From an uncultured Collinsella sp. (GTDB lineage Bacteria > Actinomycetota > Coriobacteriia > Coriobacteriales > Coriobacteriaceae), in NCBI GenBank assembly GCA_900541795.1, contig UQLC01000010.1, positions 4,669-68,668 of the forward strand: DNA of 64,000 bases, given 5' to 3'. The notes under the pieces were generated by a model, which was not told the origin of the DNA, did not search any database, and worked only from the letters and a program-made list of their open reading frames with translations. Shown here one piece after another: positions 45,658 to 54,806 of this stretch. The position numbers were made by a program, and so were the translations under genes. Numbering within the stretch: the stretch's first letter is position 1; each line of letters starts with the position of its first letter.

Positions 45658-47229
45658 ATGCGGTCGATTCTTCCCAAGGGGGAAAACAGGAAGCGCCACA
45701 GCATCGCGGCGCGCGCGATTGTCTGCGTTCTCGTCGCCCTGCTCGCGCTTCCTTTCGCGGGGTGCAGTGCGAGCCCGAACGCGACCGGTGGCACGGCGGG
45801 CTCTCAGGAATACACTGTGAGCGTCTCGCTTTCCGGTGGGTCAGGGCGTGCAAGCATCGCCTCGCCCACCACAATTGTGAAGGATGGCGACACCTACACC
45901 GCGACCATCACCTGGTCGAGTTCGAACTACGACAAGATGACCGTCGACGGCGTGGACTACGCGCCCGTAAACGACGGCGGCAACTCCACGTTCGAGATAC
46001 CCGTCACGCTCGACGAGGACATCGCCGTGTCGGCCGAGACCGTCGCCATGTCGACGCCGCACACCATAGACTACACGCTCTACTTCGACTCATCCACCAT
46101 GAAGGAGAAATCGGGCGACGAAGCAAGCGGCGGCTCCCCTGCGAGAACGGCTTCAAGCGCCGCGGCCGACTTCCACAACGCCGATTTGGGCTGCGGCTGG
46201 AAGCCGACGGGGACGCTTCAGCTTGAATACGCCGAGCACTTCACTGTCGACGAGTTCGAAGGCGGCTTGCGGCTTATCTGCGTTTCGAACGGTGAGCGCT
46301 TCCTCGTGGTACCGCAAGATGCGAAGGTACCTGATGGGTTGAGCTCTGACATCGCGGTCATAAGGCGCCCCGCCGACAAGGTGTACCTCGTGTCGTCGGC
46401 AACGATGTGCCTGGTCGACGCGCTCGATGCGAACGACAATATCTTCATGTCGGGCACGAAGGCCGACGATTGCTCGGTCGCGGGCTTCAAAAGCGCACTC
46501 GAAAGTGGGGCGATCGCCTACGGCGGCAAGTACAGCGCGCCCGACTACGAGCGAATATCGGCCTCGGGCTGCACGCTCGCCATCGAGAACACCATGATCA
46601 ACCACACACCCGATGTGAAGGAAAAGCTGCAGAAACTCGGGCTCGTCGTGCTCACCGAACAGTCGTCGAGCGAGCCCGAAGCACTCGGGCGCCTCGAGTG
46701 GATTAAGCTTTTCGGCGTCCTGTTCGACAAGGAAGACGAGGCCGCGCACCTGTTCAACGAGCAAAAGGCCCGCGTCGAGCAAACGTCGAGGCTCGCGTCG
46801 TCAGGTAAAACCGTGGCGTATTTCTACATTAACTCGAACGGGGCCGCCGTCACGCGGCGGGCGGGCGACTACGTGGCGCAGATGATCGAGCTTGCAGGCG
46901 GCAACTACGCGCTCGATGACGCGCAGACGGCGTCGACGTCAGGTTCGTCAGTAACGCTCGAAATGGAGCGCTTCTACGCGACGGCGAAGGATGCCGACAT
47001 CATCGTCTACAACGGCACCATCGACGAATCGGTTGCCACCTTAAACGACTTCGTAGGCAAAAACGCGCTATTGTCGCAGTTCAAAGCCGTGAAGAACGGC
47101 AACGTCTGGGTCACAAGCGCCGACATGTACCAGCAGATGACTTCTACCGCCGACATTATCGACGAGCTGCACGGGGCGTTCACCGGCGATGACGCGAGCG
47201 ACTTCCATTATCTGAGGAAGCTTGGCTAG
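45658..47229 (+). CDS. lipoprotein: N-terminal extra domain of about 130 aa fused to a cluster-A (FecB/BtuF-type) ABC substrate-binding domain
   Basis: Signal and lipobox LALPFAGCS. The N-domain reads EYTVSVSLSGGSGRASIASPTTIVKDGDTYTATITWSS.... The rest resembles an iron-siderophore/B12 periplasmic binding protein (ADKVYLVSSATMCL..., DADIIVYNG..., VWVTS). Confidence 0.85.
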   Translation: MRSILPKGENRKRHSIAARAIVCVLVALLALPFAGCSASPNATGGTAGSQEYTVSVSLSGGSGRASIASPTTIVKDGDTYTATITWSSSNYDKMTVDGVDYAPVNDGGNSTFEIPVTLDEDIAVSAETVAMSTPHTIDYTLYFDSSTMKEKSGDEASGGSPARTASSAAADFHNADLGCGWKPTGTLQLEYAEHFTVDEFEGGLRLICVSNGERFLVVPQDAKVPDGLSSDIAVIRRPADKVYLVSSATMCLVDALDANDNIFMSGTKADDCSVAGFKSALESGAIAYGGKYSAPDYERISASGCTLAIENTMINHTPDVKEKLQKLGLVVLTEQSSSEPEALGRLEWIKLFGVLFDKEDEAAHLFNEQKARVEQTSRLASSGKTVAYFYINSNGAAVTRRAGDYVAQMIELAGGNYALDDAQTASTSGSSVTLEMERFYATAKDADIIVYNGTIDESVATLNDFVGKNALLSQFKAVKNGNVWVTSADMYQQMTSTADIIDELHGAFTGDDASDFHYLRKLG

Positions 47230-48274
47230 CGTCATGAGAAGCCGGCTTTCCATGACATACGACGAATCGGGGCGCGCCGCGCGGTGTCGCGTCGTGACGG
47301 CGCTGCTCGCTGTTGTCCTCATCGTGCTCGTCGGGGCCAACCTGTGCATCGGGAGCGTGCTCGTGCCCGCAGACCACATCCCCGGAATCCTTTCGGGCGG
47401 CGCGGCCAATTCCATGGAAAGCCAAGTCATCTGGGAGATTCGCCTGCCGCGCGTGCTTTCAGCCGTGCTTCTCGGCGGGGCACTTTCGCTCTCCGGGTTC
47501 CTGCTGCAGACGTTTTTCAACAACCCCATCGCCGACCCGTTCATCTTGGGCGTCTCCTCGGGCGCAAAGTTCGTCGTCGCGCTTACGATGATCGTGCTTC
47601 TGGGCGCGAACCAGGCCATGTCCTCGCCGGCCATGGTGGCCGCAGCGTTTCTGGGATCGCTTATCACCATCGGCTTCGTGCTCCTCATCGCACGGCGCAT
47701 AAGTTCCATGGCCATGCTCATCGTGGCGGGCGTCATGGTGGGATACATCTGCTCGGCGGCGACGAACTTTCTCATCGCTTTCGCCGACGACCAGTCCATC
47801 GTGAACCTGCACAACTGGTCTTTGGGTAGCTTCTCGGGTTCGAGCTGGGACGACATCGCGGTCATCGTGGTCGTGGTGATCACCGTGAGCGCATGCGTAT
47901 TCGCGATATCGAAGCCCCTTTCCGCCTTCCAGCTGGGAGAAGCCTACGCGAAAAGCGTCGGCGTGAACGTCGCACGCTTCCGCGTGGTGCTCGTCCTTCT
48001 AGCGAGCATGCTCTCCGCTTGCGTGACCGCGTTCTCTGGTCCGGTGTCGTTCGTAGGCATCGCGGTTCCGCATCTCGTGAAGTCGGCGCTGAAGTCGTCG
48101 AAGCCCATCCGCGTGATTCCTGCGTGCTTCTTGGGAGGCGCCATCTTCTGCGCGGGTTGCGATTTGATCGCGCGCACGCTGTTCTCTCCCGTCGAGCTTT
48201 CCATCAGCGCCGTCACCGCCATCTTCGGCGCGCCGGTGGTTATCGCGCTCATGCTGAAGAAGCGGGTGAGGTAG
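47222..48274 (+). CDS. ABC permease, FecCD/BtuC family
   Basis: 350 aa with about 9-10 TM segments, IWEIRLPRVL, FVGIAVPHL. Confidence 0.9.
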   Translation: MASVMRSRLSMTYDESGRAARCRVVTALLAVVLIVLVGANLCIGSVLVPADHIPGILSGGAANSMESQVIWEIRLPRVLSAVLLGGALSLSGFLLQTFFNNPIADPFILGVSSGAKFVVALTMIVLLGANQAMSSPAMVAAAFLGSLITIGFVLLIARRISSMAMLIVAGVMVGYICSAATNFLIAFADDQSIVNLHNWSLGSFSGSSWDDIAVIVVVVITVSACVFAISKPLSAFQLGEAYAKSVGVNVARFRVVLVLLASMLSACVTAFSGPVSFVGIAVPHLVKSALKSSKPIRVIPACFLGGAIFCAGCDLIARTLFSPVELSISAVTAIFGAPVVIALMLKKRVR

Positions 48275-49591
48275 ATGGGGGAATTCGTGCCGCGGCCCAA
48301 AACGCTCGGAGGGGACATTCCATGCTTAGACAGTCCTGAGCTCGCACGAAAGCGTCAGAAGACACTTTCGGCTCGTGCGGAACTGCGCGCGGAACGCCTC
48401 CTTCGAGCGGAGTCGAACCTCGAAACCCCGGTCGAAACGCAGGCTGACGGAGCGCCGCTTTTCCGCATAAGCGACCTGTCGGCGGGCTACGACAAGAAGG
48501 TCGTAGTCGAAGGCGTCGATCTGGAGGTTCGCGCGGGCGACGTCGTGGCGCTCATCGGGCCGAACGGCTCGGGCAAGTCGACCATCTTGAAAACCATCAC
48601 ACGCCATCTGGCACCGCTTGCCGGCGCGGTCGAGCTCGACGGGCGGGAGATTTCCCGATGGAAGACGGCGGAGTTCGCAAGGAACCTTGCCGTTATGCTG
48701 ACAGATCGCCCCCGGACCGAGCTCCTCACCTGCCGCGATATCGTAGAGGCGGGAAGGCATCCCTACACCGGGCGAATGGGCACACTCTCGCCCGACGACC
48801 ATAGTCGGGTCGACGAGGCCATGAAAACCGCACATGTGGAAGAGCTCGCCGAGCGCGACTTCATGCAGATAAGCGACGGGCAACGCCAGCGCGTCATGCT
48901 CGCACGCGCCATCGCGCAGGATCCGCGCGTGCTCGTGCTCGACGAGCCCACGTCGTATCTCGATATCCGCTACCAGATCGACCTGCTGCGAATACTTCGC
49001 CACCTTGCGAAATCGCGAAATGTGGCTATCATCATGTCCATCCACGAACTCGAGCTCGCGCAGAAAAGCGCCGACAAGGTGATTTGCGTGAAGGACGGCC
49101 GGGTCTTCCGCGCCGGCGCACCCGAGGACATATTCACGCGCGAGACGATTGGCGAGCTCTACGGCCTTAAACATGGCACCTTCAACGAGCGCTTCGGCAG
49201 CGTGGAAATTGGGCGCCCACACGGCGATGCGCACACGTTCGTCATCGCCGGCGCAGGTACGGGGTCAGCTGTGTTTCGCCAGCTCATCCGGCAGGGCAAA
49301 GCGTTCTACGCGGGCGTTCTGCACGAAGGAGACATCGACTGCGAGCTCGCGCGCGACCTGGCGGCGGAATGCGTGGCCGAGCGCGCCTTCGAGACGATCG
49401 GAGATAAAACCATAGCCCGCGCCATAGAGCTCCTCATCCACTGCGCGCGCCTTATCGTGTGCCCCGCTGCCTTCGGCACCTTAAACGCCCGCAACGCAGA
49501 GCTCGTCGAGTTCGCACACTCGCATGGTATCGAGGTCATGCAAGCGTGCGAAGGCGCATCGGAGGATTCCCATTTGGAGTGGGAAGAATAA
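48275..49591 (+). CDS. ABC ATP-binding protein (FepC/BtuD type) with a 65-aa N-terminal extension and an extra C-terminal domain of about 140 aa
   Basis: Walker A GPNGSGKST, signature ISDGQRQRVMLARA, Walker B VLVLDEPTSYLD. The sequence then continues ...TFVIAGAGTGSAVFRQLIRQGKAFYAGVLHEGDIDCELA..., which is not part of a canonical NBD. The ATG directly follows the permease stop. Confidence 0.85.
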   Translation: MGEFVPRPKTLGGDIPCLDSPELARKRQKTLSARAELRAERLLRAESNLETPVETQADGAPLFRISDLSAGYDKKVVVEGVDLEVRAGDVVALIGPNGSGKSTILKTITRHLAPLAGAVELDGREISRWKTAEFARNLAVMLTDRPRTELLTCRDIVEAGRHPYTGRMGTLSPDDHSRVDEAMKTAHVEELAERDFMQISDGQRQRVMLARAIAQDPRVLVLDEPTSYLDIRYQIDLLRILRHLAKSRNVAIIMSIHELELAQKSADKVICVKDGRVFRAGAPEDIFTRETIGELYGLKHGTFNERFGSVEIGRPHGDAHTFVIAGAGTGSAVFRQLIRQGKAFYAGVLHEGDIDCELARDLAAECVAERAFETIGDKTIARAIELLIHCARLIVCPAAFGTLNARNAELVEFAHSHGIEVMQACEGASEDSHLEWEE

Positions 49592-49703
49592 ACTGGACTT
49601 TCTTTTAAGGATCCTCAGGCTACAGCTCCTACGCCGGCGAGGTCTCCAAGGCGCCGGAGAACCTCGTGAACAGGGATTTCCACGCCGACGAGCCCAACTA
49701 GGC

Positions 49704-50342
49704 CTAATCCAAGCGAGATTCCAGACTCGACAGGCCGTTGAGCGTGAGGTCGTTGGCGACCTCCGAGACGCGCTCGATAGGAACCGAACCGTCAGACAGT
49801 GCCCACGTGCGATAGATACCGATAATACCCGACAGCAAAAACGCCAGATAGTAATCGAACATCTCGTCCTTGAGACCTTGGGGCAGCAGATCGCGCTCGG
49901 CAATCTCGTGTTCGAGCGGCGCACGAAGACGAGCCATAAAATCATCGAGCGGAATATTCTCGATCAGCTGACGATTGAGCACGAGGTTGTTGCACAGCGC
50001 CTCGTTAACGGTTTTAAAGAAGGTCGCCGCCGCGCCCAGGGCGCGCTCGTTGGTGTCGCCGTCCATGGAGGAAAGCGTCTTCTCGACCGAATCGACAATC
50101 ATCTCCACTACATCGACGGCAATGGCATCGAGCAGGCCGTCAACCGTGCCAAAGTGCACATAGAAGGTTTTGCGGTCGACATTGGCCTCGCGCGCGATGG
50201 CACTCACCGTAATGTCTGCCAGCGGCTTTTCCATAAGCAGACGCTCGAACGCGGAAAGGATGGCATTGCGGCTGCGAACGATGCGGCGATCAATACGCGG
50301 TTTGCTGGTGGCCATGGGCGTGTCCCTTCGATATGCGGGCAT
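49704..50342 (-). CDS. TetR/AcrR family transcriptional regulator
   Basis: N-terminal HTH, IVRSRNAILSAFERLLMEKPLADITVSAIAREANVDRKTFYVHF. ATG 50315 is an alternative start. Confidence 0.85.
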   Translation of the reverse strand: MPAYRRDTPMATSKPRIDRRIVRSRNAILSAFERLLMEKPLADITVSAIAREANVDRKTFYVHFGTVDGLLDAIAVDVVEMIVDSVEKTLSSMDGDTNERALGAAATFFKTVNEALCNNLVLNRQLIENIPLDDFMARLRAPLEHEIAERDLLPQGLKDEMFDYYLAFLLSGIIGIYRTWALSDGSVPIERVSEVANDLTLNGLSSLESRLD

Positions 50343-50431
50343 TCATCAACAGATGAGAGATAATCTACGTAAGAGGATTATCCCCCATACAGCACAAATA
50401 TGCCCCGCATCATGAAGAACGCACGACTGTC

Positions 50432-51739
50432 CTACTGCGACTTAGGATGCTTCTTCTTATTGAGCGCCGACGGAGATACGCGAATACCGTCGCCCGTCTG
50501 GCGCACATAGGCTTTATGAGCCGGCTTAGCGGTCCCAGAAGCCTTCTGAGCGTGCTTCTTGGGATCAACGGTAACAGCATTCGTGGGGTGCGGCTTAGTG
50601 GGCGCAGAGGGCGTCTGAGGCGTGCGGCCGAGCTTGCGCATCACGCGATCCCAGCGCGCATGGATGCTCTCGTTGTGGGCGCTCTTAAGTCCCAGCAGGG
50701 GCGCAGCCAAAATGGTAGGCGCAATAAACGTGATGAGGCGCCACAGCAGATAACCGGCGGTCGAAGCCGACCCAAAGAAATGACCCAAGAACAATGCAAA
50801 GCCGCCCTCAGCGCCACCAGTTCCACCGGGCAAGGGGACCGCAGAGCTCAGCAGCTGGACAAAGGCGCTCGCGGCCATGACCGAGAAAAAGTCGACCTCG
50901 TGGTGGCCAAAAGCAAGCATCAGGAAATACGGAACCAGATAGAAAAACGCAAGTTGCAGCATGGTGATGACCACCGTGAGCAGCATGGAAGAAAAATGTC
51001 CGGCTGAAAGCTTGAACTTCTCGGAGAAGGAGTAGATCTCGCCATCGACAAACGTGCGCCATCCCTCGATCTTAGTGGCCGAGACACCAATGCGCTCAAG
51101 CCAATTGATGATGCAATGGGCGACGCGCGTGACGGTCTTAGGCATGAGCGCGACGGCGAAGATGCCCAGCAAGATGCAGCAGTGCCCACCAAAGCTAAAG
51201 ACGCACAGCAACGTCATGTCGCCATAGCGCTCGGCAAAAAACGGCATGCGAGCAAGCAGTAGGATAGCGCCCCAGGCAACGAGGCCAAACTGGTACACGA
51301 TAAAACGCGTGAATTGCGTGGCGCCGGCCTCGCCCACGTTTTGGCCGGCCTTGGTCAGGCGATAGATTTGAGCCGGGGTGGAGCCCATCATCATGGGCGT
51401 CAGGTTACCAAAGAAGATGCCACTCGCCTCGACCGAGATCAGGTCGCGGATGCCGACGGGCGAATTGGGATCGAGCCAGACGGCGATCGCATAGGCCACA
51501 ATGCCAAAGAACAGGTACATGAACATGCAAAGACACGCGACAACGAGCCATGACGCCTGGACGCTCGACATAGCGGCCCAGAACTGCCCCATCTGCCCGG
51601 TTACCACCAGATAGACGATATAACCTACCAGCACGACGCCGATAAAGATGGCGCCGCGGCGTGCGCTCTTATTGTCATCTCCGCCCGAGGCCTCAACCTC
51701 GACCTGGGGCTTAGACGTATGCTGAGAGGACTCCGTCAT
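50432..51739 (-). CDS. flippase-like / lysylphosphatidylglycerol-synthase TM-region family membrane protein (UPF0104-like) with a basic C-terminal tail
   Basis: About 8 TM segments and a GG-rich motif (PLPGGTGGAEGGF). ATG 51739 is preceded by gaaggag. Confidence 0.7.
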   Translation of the reverse strand: MTESSQHTSKPQVEVEASGGDDNKSARRGAIFIGVVLVGYIVYLVVTGQMGQFWAAMSSVQASWLVVACLCMFMYLFFGIVAYAIAVWLDPNSPVGIRDLISVEASGIFFGNLTPMMMGSTPAQIYRLTKAGQNVGEAGATQFTRFIVYQFGLVAWGAILLLARMPFFAERYGDMTLLCVFSFGGHCCILLGIFAVALMPKTVTRVAHCIINWLERIGVSATKIEGWRTFVDGEIYSFSEKFKLSAGHFSSMLLTVVITMLQLAFFYLVPYFLMLAFGHHEVDFFSVMAASAFVQLLSSAVPLPGGTGGAEGGFALFLGHFFGSASTAGYLLWRLITFIAPTILAAPLLGLKSAHNESIHARWDRVMRKLGRTPQTPSAPTKPHPTNAVTVDPKKHAQKASGTAKPAHKAYVRQTGDGIRVSPSALNKKKHPKSQ

Positions 51740-51847
51740 GAGACTCCTTCTAACAGTCAAAATATCTTGGATATTGTACCCGTAAGGGCCATAGGCAGAA
51801 CGCAAAGCTGTGGTTCAAACGGGAATTGCAGACGGTTGTTTGAAAAT

Positions 51848-51879
51848 AAAAAAACCCGGCCTTCCATAGGAAGTCCGGG
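51848..51879 (-). terminator. intrinsic terminator downstream of tRNA-Glu
   Basis: On the minus strand, cccggacttcc / tat / ggaaggccggg is followed by ttttttt. Confidence 0.7.
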
Positions 51880-51890
51880 TATCAGATGCG

Positions 51891-51967
51891 TGGTAGCCCG
51901 TACCAGATTCGAACTGGTGATCTCCGCCTTGAGAGGGCGGCGTCCTAAACCGCTAGACGAACGGGCC
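51891..51967 (-). tRNA. tRNA-Glu (anticodon CUC), CCA end encoded
   Basis: The minus-strand sequence GGCCCGTTCGTCTAGCGGTTTAGGACGCCGCCCTCTCAAGGCGGAGATCACCAGTTCGAATCTGGTACGGGCTACCA folds as a cloverleaf. The anticodon loop is CTCTCAA and the T-loop is GTTCGAATC. Confidence 0.9.
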
Positions 51968-52001
51968 ACATGACATCTGCACTGCCGTGCTGCGAGGAAA
52001 T

Positions 52002-52030
52002 ATATTACGGGACAAAAAACATCAGCGCAA
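52002..52030 (-). promoter_or_regulatory. candidate sigma-70-type promoter for tRNA-Glu
   Basis: On the minus strand, TTGCGC, a 17-nt spacer, then TAATAT, about 35 nt upstream of the tRNA 5' end. Confidence 0.4.
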
Positions 52031-52094
52031 GAAGAAATTCCAAATTGCCGAAAAATTGTCGGCAGGTTATGGAACACGCAGGTAAACTAGGTAG

Positions 52095-53507
52095 CTAATT
52101 CAAGTTAAGATGGACCAAAAGAGCTTCGCGATCGTTGGGAATGTTGTCTTCGATCACGGCGTCGAGGGCGGAGTTGAGAAGCTGCCCCAGTTCCGGCCCG
52201 GGCTTGACTCCAGCACGGATCAGGTCGCCGCCGTTGATGGCAAGCATCTTAAGCGTATAGGGCTCCCCCGCCGCAAGCAGCTCGTGAGCCAGCGCGCGCA
52301 TCTCCTCGATCGTCTCGACGTAATAGAAACACGAAGGTGCCTTGCCGAGTGTGTCGGCACGCTTAAGGTCCATAAGCTCGTCCATCAGACGCGGCGTATC
52401 GACACCCTCGCCCGAAAGCGCGCGCATCATATTGAGCAGGCAGGATCGCTCGGAACGCAGCGGCTTATCATGGTATTTGATCAGCAGGCACACATCGCGA
52501 ACCAAATCGTGCGAAAGCGCCAGACGATCCATGATGACACGCGCCTTCTTGGCGCCGAGCTCGGGATGACCGTAGAAGTGTCCGCTTCCGGCATGATCGA
52601 CCGTAAAGCAATCGGGCTTGGAAACATCGTGCAAAAACGCCGCCCACATAAGGCTCGACGAGGGCGCGACACCATCGCACAGCGCCAGCTCCCCTGCCAC
52701 CGTCAGCACGCGGGCGATATGCTCGTAGACGTTAAACGCATGGTAGACGCTGCGCTGGTCAAACCCGCGAGCGGGCGCGAGCTCGGGCACGGCGGCGCAG
52801 ATGAGCTCGGGGTAGCGCAGCATAGCGTCTCCCCCATGACCGGTCGAAAGAATGCCCTCAAGCTCAATTCCCACGCGCTCGCGCGCCACGGCATCGAGCA
52901 ACGGCGCGCACTCGGCAAGCGCACGCTTGGTCTCGGGCTCAATCATAAAGTCCAGACGGCAGGCAAAGCGCACCGCACGCAGCATGCGCAGGGCGTCCTC
53001 GTTAAAGCGACGCTTGGGATCGCCGACAGCGCGAATCAGCTTGCGCTCCAAGTCACCCTGGCCGTCGTAGCGGTCGACAAGCCCGCGCTCGGGATGCCAG
53101 GCCATGGCGTTGACGGTAAAGTCGCGGCGCGCCAGATCGTCCTCGAGCGAGGCGGCACGCTCGACGCTCTGAGGATGGCGCCCATCGGTGTAAAAGCCAT
53201 CCAGGCGGTACGTGGTGACCTCGATACGCTCGCCATCGGAAATAGCCGTGATTCCACCAAATTTAATGCCCGACTCCACAACCGCGATGCCGGCGGCCTC
53301 GAGCGACGATTTAGACTCCTGCCACAGGCCGCTACAGCACATATCAACATCGTGGCTGGGGTACCCCATCAGGGCGTCGCGCACCCAACCGCCCACATAC
53401 CAAGCTTCAAGACCGGCCGCCTCGAGCGCACGAAGGACGCGCAAGGAGGCATCGGACGGTTGCGTACCGTTGAGCGAAACATTGCACATGCCTGTGGCCT
53501 CCTGCAC
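52095..53507 (-). CDS. cca: CCA-adding tRNA nucleotidyltransferase with a C-terminal HD domain
   Basis: WYVGGWVRDALMGYPSHDVDM (class II nucleotidyltransferase head) and an HD region (AAFLHDVSKP). ATG 53489 is an alternative start. Confidence 0.85.
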   Translation of the reverse strand: MQEATGMCNVSLNGTQPSDASLRVLRALEAAGLEAWYVGGWVRDALMGYPSHDVDMCCSGLWQESKSSLEAAGIAVVESGIKFGGITAISDGERIEVTTYRLDGFYTDGRHPQSVERAASLEDDLARRDFTVNAMAWHPERGLVDRYDGQGDLERKLIRAVGDPKRRFNEDALRMLRAVRFACRLDFMIEPETKRALAECAPLLDAVARERVGIELEGILSTGHGGDAMLRYPELICAAVPELAPARGFDQRSVYHAFNVYEHIARVLTVAGELALCDGVAPSSSLMWAAFLHDVSKPDCFTVDHAGSGHFYGHPELGAKKARVIMDRLALSHDLVRDVCLLIKYHDKPLRSERSCLLNMMRALSGEGVDTPRLMDELMDLKRADTLGKAPSCFYYVETIEEMRALAHELLAAGEPYTLKMLAINGGDLIRAGVKPGPELGQLLNSALDAVIEDNIPNDREALLVHLNLN

Positions 53508-53626
53508 TTGCGAGCGTTAATCGATGGTTCTCAAGAAGTCTAACAAGAAACGAGAAAGCGCGCACACGCAATCGCGTCGTCGATTCGATAAAACGAGAAA
53601 GCAGACGCCATATGCGTTCAGTGCAC

Positions 53627-53662
53627 AAAAAACACCCGCCTCGGAGATCCAAAGCGGGTGTT
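53627..53662 (-). terminator. intrinsic terminator of the first pfkB paralog
   Basis: On the minus strand, aacacccgc / 14-nt loop / gcgggtgtt is followed by ttttgtgc. Confidence 0.75.
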
Positions 53663-53684
53663 CGGCAGCGATTTTTCGATACGG

Positions 53685-54617
53685 CTAGCAGACCTGACGA
53701 ACTTCGATGTTCTTCTTGTATTCGTCCACCTTGGCAAAGTCGCCCAGGCCCGGGCACTCGACCACGTTGGCGCCGGTAGCCATCGAAAGGCGCAGGGCGT
53801 CCTCGACGCGCTCGGGGGCGTCGTGCCACACGGACAGGAAGGCAGCGAGCGAGGAATCGCCGGCGCACACCGTCGACAGCAGCTTGACGTCGAAGGTGCG
53901 GTTGGCAAACCAGATGTGCTCGCCGTTAGAGAAGTACGCACCAGCGCCGCCAAGAGTCAGCAGCACATTCTTGGCGCCCTTGGCGTGCAGCTCGGCCATC
54001 GCGCCCTTGACGGACTCGTCGTCGCCACCGCTCACCTTAATGCCAAAGATATCGAGCAGCTCGTCGTCGTTGGGCTTAATCAGCAGCGGCTCCATGGCAA
54101 TGAGGTCTGCCAGCTGATGGCTCGAGATATCGAGGACGAACTCGGCCCCCTTGGCCTTGACGCGGCGCAGGACCTCGGCCAAGAAGCCCTCGGAAGTGTT
54201 GGGAGGCAGCGAGCCGCTGATGACCAGGCAGGTCATGTCATCAAGCGAATCGATGAGCTCAAACATCTCCTGCTCGTTGGCCTCGTTGATGGCGGCACCG
54301 GCGTTGACCATGTTGTACTCGGTGTCGGGTCCGGCATTGAGGAACACATTGACGCGCGTGATGCCGTCGGTCCAAACGGGCTTGACGGGCACGCCTAGGG
54401 CCTCGGCGCCCTTAACGATAAACTCGCCCGAGAAGCCGGCGAAAAAGCCCAGGATCGTGGTGTCGACACCGTAGTGATCGAGGGTGAACGAGACGTTGAG
54501 ACCCTTGCCGTTGGGCGTGTAGACGGCGTTACGGGTACGCGTGACGGTGTTGGCAGCAAGGCCGTCGCAGGAGATGTTGTAGTCAATGGCGGGATTTGCA
54601 GTGAGCGTGTAAATCAT
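53685..54617 (-). CDS. PfkB-family sugar-phosphate kinase (1-phosphofructokinase / tagatose-6-phosphate kinase-like), paralog 1
   Basis: MIYTLTANPAIDY..., NGKGLNVS, LIKPNDDEL, VCAGDSSLAAF. ATG 54617 is preceded by gaaaggaac. It has its own terminator and is separated from paralog 2 by a terminator. Confidence 0.85.
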   Translation of the reverse strand: MIYTLTANPAIDYNISCDGLAANTVTRTRNAVYTPNGKGLNVSFTLDHYGVDTTILGFFAGFSGEFIVKGAEALGVPVKPVWTDGITRVNVFLNAGPDTEYNMVNAGAAINEANEQEMFELIDSLDDMTCLVISGSLPPNTSEGFLAEVLRRVKAKGAEFVLDISSHQLADLIAMEPLLIKPNDDELLDIFGIKVSGGDDESVKGAMAELHAKGAKNVLLTLGGAGAYFSNGEHIWFANRTFDVKLLSTVCAGDSSLAAFLSVWHDAPERVEDALRLSMATGANVVECPGLGDFAKVDEYKKNIEVRQVC

Positions 54618-54745
54618 GAATGTTCCTTTCACGAAGTAACGTGTTGGTGAAAGTATATTCCACCCATCGGTAAAAGGCTAGGACAACTCGGTGAACGGTG
54701 TGGAAGCGATGAAGTACGGCAGAACATCTCTCTCCAATGACGGAA

Positions 54746-54778
54746 CAAAAAAGGCGCCCCAGCCGAAACCGGGGCGCC
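54746..54778 (-). terminator. intrinsic terminator ending the ptsH-ptsI-pfkB transcription unit
   Basis: On the minus strand, ggcgcccc / 10-nt loop / ggggcgcc is followed by ttttttg. Confidence 0.8.
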
Positions 54779-54806
54779 GCATGCGCACGAATATATCGCG
54801 TTTCGA

